IMG/VR virus record: IMGVR_UViG_2571042902_000002
Span: 62,001-87,398 of that record
Reading direction: 5' to 3' (one strand)
Origin: an uncultured virus (IMG/VR IMGVR_UViG_2571042902_000002)
Taxonomy: Duplodnaviria > Heunggongvirae > Uroviricota > Caudoviricetes
Length of the DNA: 25,398 nt
The position numbers and the translations under genes were made by a program. Below, in pieces: positions 1 to 8,800 of the stretch (position 1 is the first letter of the stretch; the number at the start of each line of letters is the position of its first letter). Below the pieces are notes generated by a model. That model was not told the DNA's origin, ran no database searches, and was given only the letters and a program-made list of their open reading frames with translations.

Positions 1-59
1 GGCTGTGACCTGGTTAGTTAGATAGGTGACACAGTTCCGTTTTTATGAACTGGCCGGAA

Positions 60-96
60 TTGACGGGTTGTCGGTGGTGCGACAAATTGCCATCAT
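60..96 (+). promoter_or_regulatory. Candidate sigma70-type late promoter (pR'-like)
   Basis: Two possible pairs with 17-nt spacers: TTGACG(60-65)/CAAATT(83-88) and TTGTCG(68-73)/CATCAT(91-96). Lies upstream of a terminator and the holin, as lambdoid pR' does. Confidence 0.4.
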
Positions 97-174
97 CGGG
101 CTGCCAACATTTCAAGTCGCCGGTCTGCGGTCCCCATCTCCTTCTAGCGGCTTGAACTGAAAGCACTCCTACTG

Positions 175-200
175 AACCCCGGCCTCGGCCGGGGTTTTTT
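175..200 (+). terminator. Intrinsic terminator upstream of the holin (tR'-like)
   Basis: AACCCCGGC-CTCG-GCCGGGGTT perfect stem running into a T tract ending at 200. Confidence 0.85.
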
Positions 201-258
201 ATTCCCACATCGTTTGGCTCAGCCTCCGCGCTGGGCTTTTCTGCATCTGGAGTACCCC

Positions 259-648
259 ATGGCTGAACCGACGAGCAGCGGAGCAGTAGCAGCAGCCGGC
301 GCCGTCGGGCTCACTGCCACCGCGATCATCCCCGGAGTCGACGTCAATGCGGTGATCGGCGGCTTCGCCGGCGCGCTGCTGTTCGTGCTCTGGGCTCACG
401 ACCTGACCATGGCCAGGCGCCTCGGCTACCTGCTGGCGTCCTGGGTCGGCGGCTACTACGCCGCCACAGAGGCTGTCGGGCGGGGCGCGACCCAGTTCTC
501 CGGGCTGCCCGCACTGGTCACCGCCGCGCTGATCGTCACGATCCTGATCGGCGTGCTCGACTGGATGATTGGTGGCCGCGCGCCGGCATGGCTCCAGATC
601 GTTCTGCAGCGCATCGTCGGCATGATCGGAGGCCGGAAAGATGGTTGA
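259..648 (+). CDS. Putative holin
   Basis: ATG at 259 (MAEPTSSG...) with GGAG at 249-252; small protein with several hydrophobic segments; first gene of the late operon. Confidence 0.8.
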   Translation: MAEPTSSGAVAAAGAVGLTATAIIPGVDVNAVIGGFAGALLFVLWAHDLTMARRLGYLLASWVGGYYAATEAVGRGATQFSGLPALVTAALIVTILIGVLDWMIGGRAPAWLQIVLQRIVGMIGGRKDG

Positions 649-925
649 TCTGGTGACCCTGACGGCTGCAGCCGTCTGCGGCGCTATCAGTTGCCGCATC
701 TTCACGTACCAGCGCCACGGCGCCACGTACCGGTTCGGCGTCTCGCTCTGCGCGTACATCCTCGCCGCTGGGACCGGCATGCAGGCGCTGTCGATCAGCC
801 TGGCCGTGCTGATGGCGCGCCACGCAACGCCGATATCGCCCTACCTGCTGGCGGTCCTGCTGGTGCTGCTGGTGCTGGTCTACCGCAACAAGGGCAACAT
901 CGCGCCCATCCTGAGGCTCAGTTGA
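641..925 (+). CDS. Second small membrane protein, 3-TM phage holin-like (DUF754-like)
   Basis: 94 aa with three hydrophobic segments and a basic C-terminus (YRNKGNIA); overlaps the holin stop. Confidence 0.75.
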   Translation: MVDLVTLTAAAVCGAISCRIFTYQRHGATYRFGVSLCAYILAAGTGMQALSISLAVLMARHATPISPYLLAVLLVLLVLVYRNKGNIAPILRLS

Positions 926-933
926 GGTGATCC

Positions 934-1494
934 ATGGCGCTAACAGCAAAACAGCGCCGCTTCGTCGCCGAGTATCTGCTCGACCTCAATGCGACCCAGG
1001 CGGCAATCAGGGCCGGGTACAGCAAGAATCGCGCGTCCGAGATCGGTTACCAACTGCTGCAGAAGCCGGACATCACATCCGCCATCCAGGCGGCTATGAA
1101 GGAGCGCGCCGAGCGCACTCAAATTGACGCCGACTACGTGCTGCGCCGGATGATCGAGATTGACCAGATGGATCTGTTGGACATCATGACCGACGCGATG
1201 GAGCTCAAGCCGGTCAGCCAGTGGCCGCGGGTGTGGCGCCAGTACCTCAGCGGCTTCGACTTGGCCGAGATGTTCGAGGGTCGCGGCGACGAGCGCGAGA
1301 TGATCGGGTTCCTGAAAAAGATCAAGTGGCCCGACAAGGTGAAGAACCTGGAACTGCTCGGACGCCACTTCGGGATGTTCAAGGAACGGGTTGAGCATTC
1401 TGGGCCTGCTGGCGGGCCAATAGCGGTGGCCGCCATGACCAAGGAGGACTACAAGCAGGCTCGCAAAGAGATGCTGGCAGAAGATGATTGCTGA
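934..1494 (+). CDS. terS: Terminase small subunit
   Basis: N-terminal LTAKQRRFVAEYLLDLNATQAAIRAGYS helix-turn-helix motif and C-terminal K.K.LELLGRH.GMF; SD GAGGTG upstream. Confidence 0.95.
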   Translation: MALTAKQRRFVAEYLLDLNATQAAIRAGYSKNRASEIGYQLLQKPDITSAIQAAMKERAERTQIDADYVLRRMIEIDQMDLLDIMTDAMELKPVSQWPRVWRQYLSGFDLAEMFEGRGDEREMIGFLKKIKWPDKVKNLELLGRHFGMFKERVEHSGPAGGPIAVAAMTKEDYKQARKEMLAEDDC

Positions 1495-2947
1495 TCCCGT
1501 GACGCTAGCCCGGAAGGAGGAGTGCGAAGAGGATGGGATGTACTTCGCCCGCTACTTCTTCAAGCAGCGCATGGGCAGCAAGATGGTTGTTGCGCCGCAC
1601 CACCGTGTCATTCAGGACACGCTGGATCGGGTGGTGAGCGGCGAGATAACGCGACTGATCATCAACGTGCCTCCTGGATACACAAAGACCGAGTTGGCGA
1701 CGATCAACATGATCGGGCGTGGCCTGGCGCTGAACAACCGCGCCAGGTTCATGCACCTTTCCTACTCGCACAATCTGGCCCTGCTGAACTCCAGCACGGC
1801 GCGAGGCATGGTGAAGTCTTCGGCGTATCAGGCCATGTGGCCCATGTCGCTGCGAGATGACGCCGACAGCAAGGCCATGTGGTGGACTGAGCATGGCGGC
1901 GGGGTTTATGCATCGTCCGCCGCCGGCCAGGTTACAGGGTTTCGCGCGGGCCATATGGAGCCTGGATGGCAGGGCGCGCTGATCATCGACGATCCGGTAA
2001 AGCCCGACGATGCATACAGCGAGACTGTTCGTGACGGCGTGAATAGCCGCTTCAATGAGACGATCAAGTCCCGCCTGGCGCTGGAAACGACGCCGATGAT
2101 CGTCATCATGCAGAGGATCCATTACCACGACCTGAGCGGCTACCTTCTGCGAGGCGGGTCAGGGGAGATGTGGCACCACCTCAACCTGCCCGTGATCATC
2201 GACAACAGCGAGCCGTACCCAGCGGAAAACACTCACGGAATCCCGATCGAGCATGGTCTTCCGGATGGCTGGCTATGGCCGTTCAAGCACAACGAGAGCC
2301 ACCGCACAGCGCTTTTCTCGCATCGACGCACCGCAGAAGCCCAGTACATGCAGAAGCCTCGGAGGTTCAATGCCGAGGGGGCGTTGTGGACAGAGCAACT
2401 GATCAATGCGGCGCATCAATTGCAGATCAGGGCCGACCGCAAGCGGTGCGTGGTGGCCATCGATCCCCAGGCCACCAACAGCGACGAGAGCGACGAAACG
2501 GGAATTGTGGCGGCAAGTTGCTACGGTGCCGGAGATTCTCGCCAGTTCTCAGTGGATGGTGACTACAGCGGGAAATACTCCCCGGCAGGTTGGGCCAAGA
2601 AGGCCATGGTTGCATGCGAGCAGCACCAGGCCGACGCGATCGTTATTGAGACGAACCAAGGCGGCGACATGGCGGAAGAGACACTGAAGAACGCGGGTTT
2701 CAAGGGGCGGATCATCCGAATCCACGCCAACAAGGGAAAGTTCGCCCGTGCTGAGCCGATCTCGGCTCTATACGAGCAAGGCAGGGTGGCTCACCAAGGC
2801 GCGCTGTATCTGCTGGAGAACCAGCTCATGGAGTACATCCCCGCGACGGCGAAGAAATCGCCGGACCGTCTGGACGCCATGGTCTACGCCTTGACCGAAT
2901 TGGGCGGAGCCGCGCCGCTTGGCATCCTTCTTCCCGGAGCCCGCTGA
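1484..2947 (+). CDS. terL: Terminase large subunit
   Basis: Walker A-like VPPGYTKT, Walker B LIIDDP, nuclease motifs VVAIDP, IETNQGG and SPDRLDA; directly after terS. Confidence 0.95.
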   Translation: MIADPVTLARKEECEEDGMYFARYFFKQRMGSKMVVAPHHRVIQDTLDRVVSGEITRLIINVPPGYTKTELATINMIGRGLALNNRARFMHLSYSHNLALLNSSTARGMVKSSAYQAMWPMSLRDDADSKAMWWTEHGGGVYASSAAGQVTGFRAGHMEPGWQGALIIDDPVKPDDAYSETVRDGVNSRFNETIKSRLALETTPMIVIMQRIHYHDLSGYLLRGGSGEMWHHLNLPVIIDNSEPYPAENTHGIPIEHGLPDGWLWPFKHNESHRTALFSHRRTAEAQYMQKPRRFNAEGALWTEQLINAAHQLQIRADRKRCVVAIDPQATNSDESDETGIVAASCYGAGDSRQFSVDGDYSGKYSPAGWAKKAMVACEQHQADAIVIETNQGGDMAEETLKNAGFKGRIIRIHANKGKFARAEPISALYEQGRVAHQGALYLLENQLMEYIPATAKKSPDRLDAMVYALTELGGAAPLGILLPGAR

Positions 2948-3144
2948 TGGCCATCTTCATCCTCAAGGACCGCGCTACCAGCCGCTCCATGGTTGTCCGT
3001 GCGCGCTGCACTACATGCGCCCGCACCGTGGCGGTCGAGAACGCCGGTGCCGAAGGGACGATGGTATGGCGTGACCCCAACCTCTCTTCTGTCGAACTGG
3101 TCCGCGAGACGGACAAGCCAGGCCTCATCCTGAAATCGGACTGA
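2947..3144 (+). CDS. Hypothetical protein (65 aa, CxxC)
   Basis: Fills the terL-portal gap exactly, with a TGATG overlap at the terL stop and 2 nt before the portal ATG. Confidence 0.7.
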   Translation: MAIFILKDRATSRSMVVRARCTTCARTVAVENAGAEGTMVWRDPNLSSVELVRETDKPGLILKSD

Positions 3145-3146
3145 CC

Positions 3147-4517
3147 ATGACTGACAAACTCGACCTCGCGGTCAATCACGCGATGAGCAGTGCCATCGCG
3201 CGTGCCCGAATCAGCCTGCTGAACCAGGGCATTGGCCATGACGCGAAGCGGCCACAGGCATGGTGCGAGTACGGATTCCCCCAGGAAATCACGTTCAACG
3301 ACCTGTACACCATGTACCGCCGGGGTGGCATCGCCCATGGCGCGGTCGAGAAGATCGTCACCACTTGCTGGAAGACGAATCCGCAGATCATCGAGGGTGA
3401 CGACCAGGACCGCTCCAAGGACGAAACCGAGTGGGAGAGGAGGAACAAGCCGTTGATCGCAGGCGGCAGGTTCTGGCGGGCTGTCTCCGAAGCCGACCGG
3501 CGCCGCCTTGTTGGTCGTTATTCCGGGTTGCTCCTGCACATCAGGGATAGCCAGCCGTGGGACAGGCCTGTCACGGGAAAGGTCAATGGCCTGGCGAAGG
3601 TCACCCCGGCCTGGGCCGGGTGCCTTAAGCCCAAGACGTTTGACGAGAAACAGGATAGCGAGACCTACGGGCAGCCCACCATGTGGGAATACACCGAGGC
3701 CTCCCAAGCCGGTCGTCCCGGTCTGGTGCGAGATATCCATCCGGACCGGGTGTTCATTCTCGGAGACTGGACCGGCGATGCAATCGGATTCCTGGAGCCT
3801 GCCTACAACTCCTTCATCAGCCTGGAGAAGGTCGAGGGAGGCAGTGGCGAATCGTTCCTGAAGAACGCCGCACGCCAGCTCCTGCTGAACTTCGACAAGG
3901 AGATTCAGCTCGGCGAGATCGCCAGTACGTATGGGGTGACGATCGATGCGCTCAACGAGCGCTTCAACGAGGCAGCGCGTCAGTTAAACCGAGGGAACGA
4001 TGTCTTGCTCCCAACCCAGGGGGCGACCGTCACGCAGATGGTGTCCGCTGTTTCGGACCCCAGCCCTACGTACAACGTCAACCTGCAAACCGCCGCCGCC
4101 GGCGTCGACATCCCGACCAAGATCCTGGTGGGCATGCAGACCGGCGAAAGGGCGAGCAGTGAGGATCAGAAGTACCACAACGCCAGATGCCAGGCGCGCC
4201 GGGTGCAAGAACTGACGTTCGAGATCAACGACCTGTTTGGGCACCTGATGCGCATCGGCGTGGTCCCGCTGAAGGCTGAGTTCACGGCAATCTGGGATGA
4301 CCTCACCGTTCCAACCAAGGCCGAGCGCCTGGCCAACTCCAAGACCATGAGCGAGATCAACAGCGCCGCAATCGGCACTGGCGAGCCGGTATTCACCGCG
4401 GAGGAGATCCGCGAAGAGGCTGGCTACGACCCGCTCGTGGGCGGTGACCCGCTGCCTGATACCGAACCGGAGGATGAAGATGCCGCGCGCACCGATCCTA
4501 CCGGCGAGCAGCAGTGA
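3147..4517 (+). CDS. Portal protein (DUF1073-like)
   Basis: 456 aa after the terminase; motifs IHPDRV, IPTKILVGMQTG and EEIRE; acidic tail. Confidence 0.88.
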   Translation: MTDKLDLAVNHAMSSAIARARISLLNQGIGHDAKRPQAWCEYGFPQEITFNDLYTMYRRGGIAHGAVEKIVTTCWKTNPQIIEGDDQDRSKDETEWERRNKPLIAGGRFWRAVSEADRRRLVGRYSGLLLHIRDSQPWDRPVTGKVNGLAKVTPAWAGCLKPKTFDEKQDSETYGQPTMWEYTEASQAGRPGLVRDIHPDRVFILGDWTGDAIGFLEPAYNSFISLEKVEGGSGESFLKNAARQLLLNFDKEIQLGEIASTYGVTIDALNERFNEAARQLNRGNDVLLPTQGATVTQMVSAVSDPSPTYNVNLQTAAAGVDIPTKILVGMQTGERASSEDQKYHNARCQARRVQELTFEINDLFGHLMRIGVVPLKAEFTAIWDDLTVPTKAERLANSKTMSEINSAAIGTGEPVFTAEEIREEAGYDPLVGGDPLPDTEPEDEDAARTDPTGEQQ

Positions 4518-5403
4518 CCCGACCGGGGTAGATCGACTGGAAAGGGGCGCAATGCGCGAGTTCGACAGGCGCATGCGGAAAATCCGGGATGGCTATGTCG
4601 CTGCCTTGGACCGAATCCCGGCCCAGCCGGTGGTGAATGAGCAGTACACCTACCGTCTCGACCAGGCCCTTCTCTCCGCGATCTTCGCCGACACCAACCT
4701 GATGGTCGACGAGATACTGCAGGAGGGCGGGGAGCGCGACCTCTGGTTCTTCGAATCCTATGTCGGGGTTGCCTACATCCGCGGTACCGCACAGACGCAT
4801 GCCAACCTGGCGCAGCAATCGCCTGCATACCGCGCCGGCCGGGAATCGCTGGATGTCCTGCTTCGATCCGACGCCTACCGCGCGCGGATGGCACTGCTTC
4901 GCGCCCGGGAGTTCGAGGAGATGAAGGGCTTGTCCGGCCAAGTCAAGGCCGACATGGCGCGCATTCTCGCCGAGGGCATGGGGCGCGGGAAGAATCCCCG
5001 CGAAATCGCACGGGACCTGACCGCCCAGACCGGCATCGAGGCGCGTCGCGGCCATCGCATCGCACGCACCGAAGTCACAACCGCTCTCCGAAGGGCTCGC
5101 TGGGACGAAAAAGACGCTGCTGAGGCCGACTACGGCGTTCAGTCGAAGCTGATGCATATGTCGGCCCTGTCCCCCAGCACCAGGGCAACCCATGCGGCCA
5201 GGCACGCCAGGCTCTACACCTCGGACGAGGTGAGGGACTGGTACAGCCGAGACGGAAACTCGATCAACTGCAAGTGCAGCCAGGTCGAGGTACTGGTCGA
5301 TGACGAAGGGAACCCGGTGGTCCCGGCCATCGTCGAGCGCGCGCGCCGCAACTACCAAGTCATGAAAGCCAAAGGGCGCGGGCCCTGGGCGAAAGAGGAT
5401 TGA
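4480..5403 (+). CDS. Head morphogenesis/minor head protein (SPP1 gp7 / Mu F-like)
   Basis: RIARTE, TRATHAARH and NCKC motifs; ATG at 4480 with GGAGG at 4469-4473. Confidence 0.88.
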   Translation: MPRAPILPASSSDPTGVDRLERGAMREFDRRMRKIRDGYVAALDRIPAQPVVNEQYTYRLDQALLSAIFADTNLMVDEILQEGGERDLWFFESYVGVAYIRGTAQTHANLAQQSPAYRAGRESLDVLLRSDAYRARMALLRAREFEEMKGLSGQVKADMARILAEGMGRGKNPREIARDLTAQTGIEARRGHRIARTEVTTALRRARWDEKDAAEADYGVQSKLMHMSALSPSTRATHAARHARLYTSDEVRDWYSRDGNSINCKCSQVEVLVDDEGNPVVPAIVERARRNYQVMKAKGRGPWAKED

Positions 5404-5406
5404 GCC

Positions 5407-6684
5407 ATGCCCATGCAGGTCAACATCACCACCCAGGTCAATAGCGCCAGCATTCGGCGTGAGACGCACAACGGGCGCGAACATCTGGTTCTGCCGAGCT
5501 ACACCCTGCCGGCCGGCGTGATCATGAACGGTGGTCTCTACACCGCCGAGCAGATCGACAAGCACTACCCAGGCCTGGAGGGAACGCTGGCGCCGCTCGG
5601 GCACCCGATGGTCGACGGGAAGTTCGTGTCTGCGTTCTCCCCTGAAGGGATCAACGCCGCCCACGTCGGCGCTTGGAACCGCAACGTGAAGAAGTCAGGC
5701 AACCGGGTCTACATGGAGAAGTGGGTCGACGTCGAGTTCGCCAAGTCCACGGAGGGCGGCCGTGAACTGTTGCAGCGCGTCGAAGCGCTGGAGAAGGGGG
5801 AGGACGTCCCCCCGATCCATACCAGCGTTGCCGCATTCCTCAATCGCATCGAGCCGAACGAAAGCCAGCGTGCCCAGGGCGCGGAGTGGGTCGCCGACAT
5901 CCAGAGCATGGACCACGACGCGATCCTGCTGCACGAAGTAGGGGCGGCCACTCCTGAGCAGGGCGTCGGCCTGATGGTAAACGCCGACCAGGCTGTCCCG
6001 CTTCAGCCGAATTCCGGCGCTCTGGTTGGCGAGTCCTATCGGGAGCGGGAGCAGCGTCTCGATCGCGCCGCAAAGGAGCGATTCGCCTCCGGGCCCGACC
6101 AGTACGCATGGGTTGCCGACTTCACCGATTCTCAGGCTGTGATCAGCCGCAATGGCGGTGTGACCGAGGTGTACGGCTACAAGGTCGAGGCAGGGAAGAT
6201 CGTCTTCGACGAATCCGGCCAGCCCGTTGTCAGGCAAGAGTCCTGGGTCGCCATGGTGGCCAACAGCATCAAGAACATTTTCACCCATCGTCAGGCTCGG
6301 CCTGATCAACCTGAGAAGGAGGGCGACATGCCCCTGACCCCCGAAGAAAAGGCCGAAATCGTGAAGGAAATCGGCACCAACACCTCCAGCGCCATCAAGG
6401 AACTGGCGGACACCATCATCAAGCCCCTGGCCGACAAGGTCGACGGCCTGGTCGCCAATCACAAGGCGCTGGCCGATACGCTGACCGCCAACCAGCGCGC
6501 CGAGGAAGACAGCATGCGCGAAGCGGTCAAGGCCAAGTTTGGCGAGGTCATCGCCAACAGCCTGGCCGGCGACGCGCTCAGGGAAATGTTCAAGCAGTGC
6601 GGCGAATCCGCTCCGCTGGGCGCCAATGCTGCCACCGACAAAGGCGGCCTCACCGCCGATATCGCCAACCTGCCGAAGGAGTAA
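5407..6684 (+). CDS. Prohead protease/scaffold protein
   Basis: Position between minor head and capsid genes; LGHP and DHDAILL..VGA motifs; helical charged C-terminus. Confidence 0.7.
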   Translation: MPMQVNITTQVNSASIRRETHNGREHLVLPSYTLPAGVIMNGGLYTAEQIDKHYPGLEGTLAPLGHPMVDGKFVSAFSPEGINAAHVGAWNRNVKKSGNRVYMEKWVDVEFAKSTEGGRELLQRVEALEKGEDVPPIHTSVAAFLNRIEPNESQRAQGAEWVADIQSMDHDAILLHEVGAATPEQGVGLMVNADQAVPLQPNSGALVGESYREREQRLDRAAKERFASGPDQYAWVADFTDSQAVISRNGGVTEVYGYKVEAGKIVFDESGQPVVRQESWVAMVANSIKNIFTHRQARPDQPEKEGDMPLTPEEKAEIVKEIGTNTSSAIKELADTIIKPLADKVDGLVANHKALADTLTANQRAEEDSMREAVKAKFGEVIANSLAGDALREMFKQCGESAPLGANAATDKGGLTADIANLPKE

Positions 6685-6687
6685 GCC

Positions 6688-7137
6688 ATGTCTCGCTATC
6701 GTCGCGTGAACATCGACGGCAAGTCGCTGTTCAAGACCGAAACCCGCAAGACCGCCGCGGCACTCCTGCCCGGCACGTTCGCCGTGATCAATGGCAGCGA
6801 CCTGTTCGCCCAGGCAAGCGCCAGCGTTGGCCGCCTCTACGTCATCGACTGCGCTCACCACGGAGGACTCAACATCCGCGATGAGGTTCCCGCCGGCCAT
6901 TCGGCCGTGGGCAACTACGTCGAAGAGGGTCGCGAGCTCGCCGTGCTGTGCCCGGCCGGCACCTACAAGAAGGACACGCCGATCAAACTCGGCACCAGCG
7001 GCCAGGGTGCCATCGCGTCGAGCGATACCGACACGGTCCTCGGGTACAGCCAGGACGATGCAGTCATCGCCTCCGGCGAAACCGACTTCATCCGCATCCG
7101 CTTCCGTGTCGGCAGTGTCGCCGCCCCGGCGCCCTAA
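6688..7137 (+). CDS. Probable head decoration protein
   Basis: 149 aa, beta-rich, between scaffold and major capsid (positional inference). Confidence 0.6.
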   Translation: MSRYRRVNIDGKSLFKTETRKTAAALLPGTFAVINGSDLFAQASASVGRLYVIDCAHHGGLNIRDEVPAGHSAVGNYVEEGRELAVLCPAGTYKKDTPIKLGTSGQGAIASSDTDTVLGYSQDDAVIASGETDFIRIRFRVGSVAAPAP

Positions 7138-7152
7138 TAGGAGTACGGACAC

Positions 7153-8247
7153 ATGTTCCTCACCCAGCAAGCAATCGCCGCCCATCCTCGCCTGATGAGC
7201 CACTACCAGGAGTTGCAGGCCAACCGCAGCATCTGGAACAACCAGAACGCCGCGATGATCACCCACCACCGCGGCGCCATGACCCCGGGAATGCTGGCCT
7301 GCAATGCGCTGGCCGGCCTGGGTCGTGAGTTCTGGGCAGAGATCGACGCCCAGATCATCCAGTACCGCAACCAGGAGACCGGCATGGAGATCGTCAACGA
7401 CCTCCTGCAGGTGCAGACCGTTCTGCCGATCGGCAAGAGTGCCAAGCTCTACAACGTGGTCGGCGACATCGCCGATGATGTGTCGGTGAGCATCGACGGC
7501 CAGGCCCCGTACTCCTTCGATCACACCGAGTACAACTCCGATGGCGACCCCATTCCGGTGTTCACCGCCGGCTACGGTGTCAACTGGCGCCATGCCGCCG
7601 GCATGAACACCGTCGGCATCGACCTGGTTCTGGACTCGCAGGCTGCGAAGCTCCGCAAGTTCAACAAGCGGATCGTTGCCTACACCCTGGACGGCGCCAC
7701 CAACATCCAGGTCGAGAACTACCCGGCTCAGGGTCTGCGCAATCACCGCAACACCATCAAGGTCAACCTGGGCTCCGGCGCCGGCGGCGCGAACATCGAT
7801 CTGACCACCGCCACGCCGCAGCAGATCATCGACTTCTTCACCAAAGGCGCATTCGGCCAAGCTGCGCGTGCCAACAAGGTGGACGCCTACGATGTTCTCT
7901 GGGTTTCCCCGGAAATCAACGCCAACCTGTCCCAGCCCTACATGATCACCATGGGCGGCGGTGCCAACGCGGTGGTGGCCGGCACCGTGCTCGATGCGGT
8001 CATGCGCTTCATCCCGGCGCGCGCGGTTCGCCAGACCTTCGCCCTGTCGGGCAACGAGTTCCTGGGCTATCAGCGCCGCCGCGACGTGGTCACCCCGCTG
8101 GTCGGCATGGCTACCGGTGTTATCCCGCTGCCGCGCCCGCTGCCGCAGGTCAACTACAACTTCCAGATCATGAGCGCCATGGGCATCCAGGTGAAGAAGG
8201 ACGACGAAGGTCTGTCCGGCGTGATCTACGGCGCCAACCTGGCGTAA
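7153..8247 (+). CDS. Major capsid protein
   Basis: 364 aa, strong codon bias, SD AGGAG at 7139-7143, canonical position. Confidence 0.85.
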   Translation: MFLTQQAIAAHPRLMSHYQELQANRSIWNNQNAAMITHHRGAMTPGMLACNALAGLGREFWAEIDAQIIQYRNQETGMEIVNDLLQVQTVLPIGKSAKLYNVVGDIADDVSVSIDGQAPYSFDHTEYNSDGDPIPVFTAGYGVNWRHAAGMNTVGIDLVLDSQAAKLRKFNKRIVAYTLDGATNIQVENYPAQGLRNHRNTIKVNLGSGAGGANIDLTTATPQQIIDFFTKGAFGQAARANKVDAYDVLWVSPEINANLSQPYMITMGGGANAVVAGTVLDAVMRFIPARAVRQTFALSGNEFLGYQRRRDVVTPLVGMATGVIPLPRPLPQVNYNFQIMSAMGIQVKKDDEGLSGVIYGANLA

Positions 8248-8257
8248 GGAGAGCGAC

Positions 8258-8716
8258 ATGCCCAAGTATGAGGTGATCAAACCCTGGAACGGCGTTTCCA
8301 AGGGCCAGGTGCTGGAACTCGACACTCTGGCTGCGGCGCTCCTGCCGAACGTGCGCGAGGTTGGCGCACTCAGGAACGGAAGCCTGACCTTGGACGTTTC
8401 GGCCCAGGTCGACGAAGCGGCCAGGCAAGCTCTCGCCGAAGCGCGTGCATCCGTCGATGCCATGATCGTTGACGCCAAGGCCCAGGCCGAAGGCATCATC
8501 GCCGCAGCCAACGCGGAAGCAGCGAGTATCCGGGAGCAGGCCAAGGCCCAGGCCGGTACCCTGACCCCTGCCATTCCGGACGGTAGCGAGCGCCGCGAGC
8601 TGATCAAAGCGCGCCTGAAGGAGCTGAAGATCGAGTTCGATGGCCGCCAGGGCGAGGAAGCGCTCGCCGCCCTGCTGCCGGAGGGCGAACTGGCGAAGCT
8701 GTTCCCGGCCAGGTGA
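8258..8716 (+). CDS. Hypothetical head-associated protein (Ala-rich coiled coil with short C-terminal helical domain)
   Basis: SD AAGGAG overlapping the capsid stop; 152 aa ORF with phage codon usage. Confidence 0.75.
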   Translation: MPKYEVIKPWNGVSKGQVLELDTLAAALLPNVREVGALRNGSLTLDVSAQVDEAARQALAEARASVDAMIVDAKAQAEGIIAAANAEAASIREQAKAQAGTLTPAIPDGSERRELIKARLKELKIEFDGRQGEEALAALLPEGELAKLFPAR

Positions 8717-8730
8717 CCGGTGCGTGACGA

Positions 8731-8787
8731 GAGGCCGCCTGCGGGCGGCTTCGTCGTTTCTGGCCCCAGAAATGGGGCCTTCTTCTT
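8731..8787 (+). terminator. Tandem hairpins after the capsid genes (terminator/mRNA stabiliser)
   Basis: GAGGCCGCC-TGCG-GGCGGCTTC (8731-8752) and GGCCCCA-GAAA-TGGGGCC (8762-8779) followed by TTCTTCTT. Confidence 0.6.
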
Positions 8788-8800
8788 CCAGGAATCGGAC

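Noticed and set aside
1..170. tRNA gene upstream of the holin
   Set aside because: Hairpins are present, but there is no cloverleaf, T-loop GTTCRA or CCA end.
3147..4517. Possible anti-CBASS Acb1 label sometimes attached to DUF1073 proteins
   Set aside because: Size and position fit a portal, and no paired HxT/S phosphoesterase motifs were seen.
4480..8247. Four consecutive head genes in the same frame (possible read-through fusion)
   Set aside because: Each has its own start and apparent RBS, and one junction has a double stop (TAATAG). Chance phasing is sufficient.
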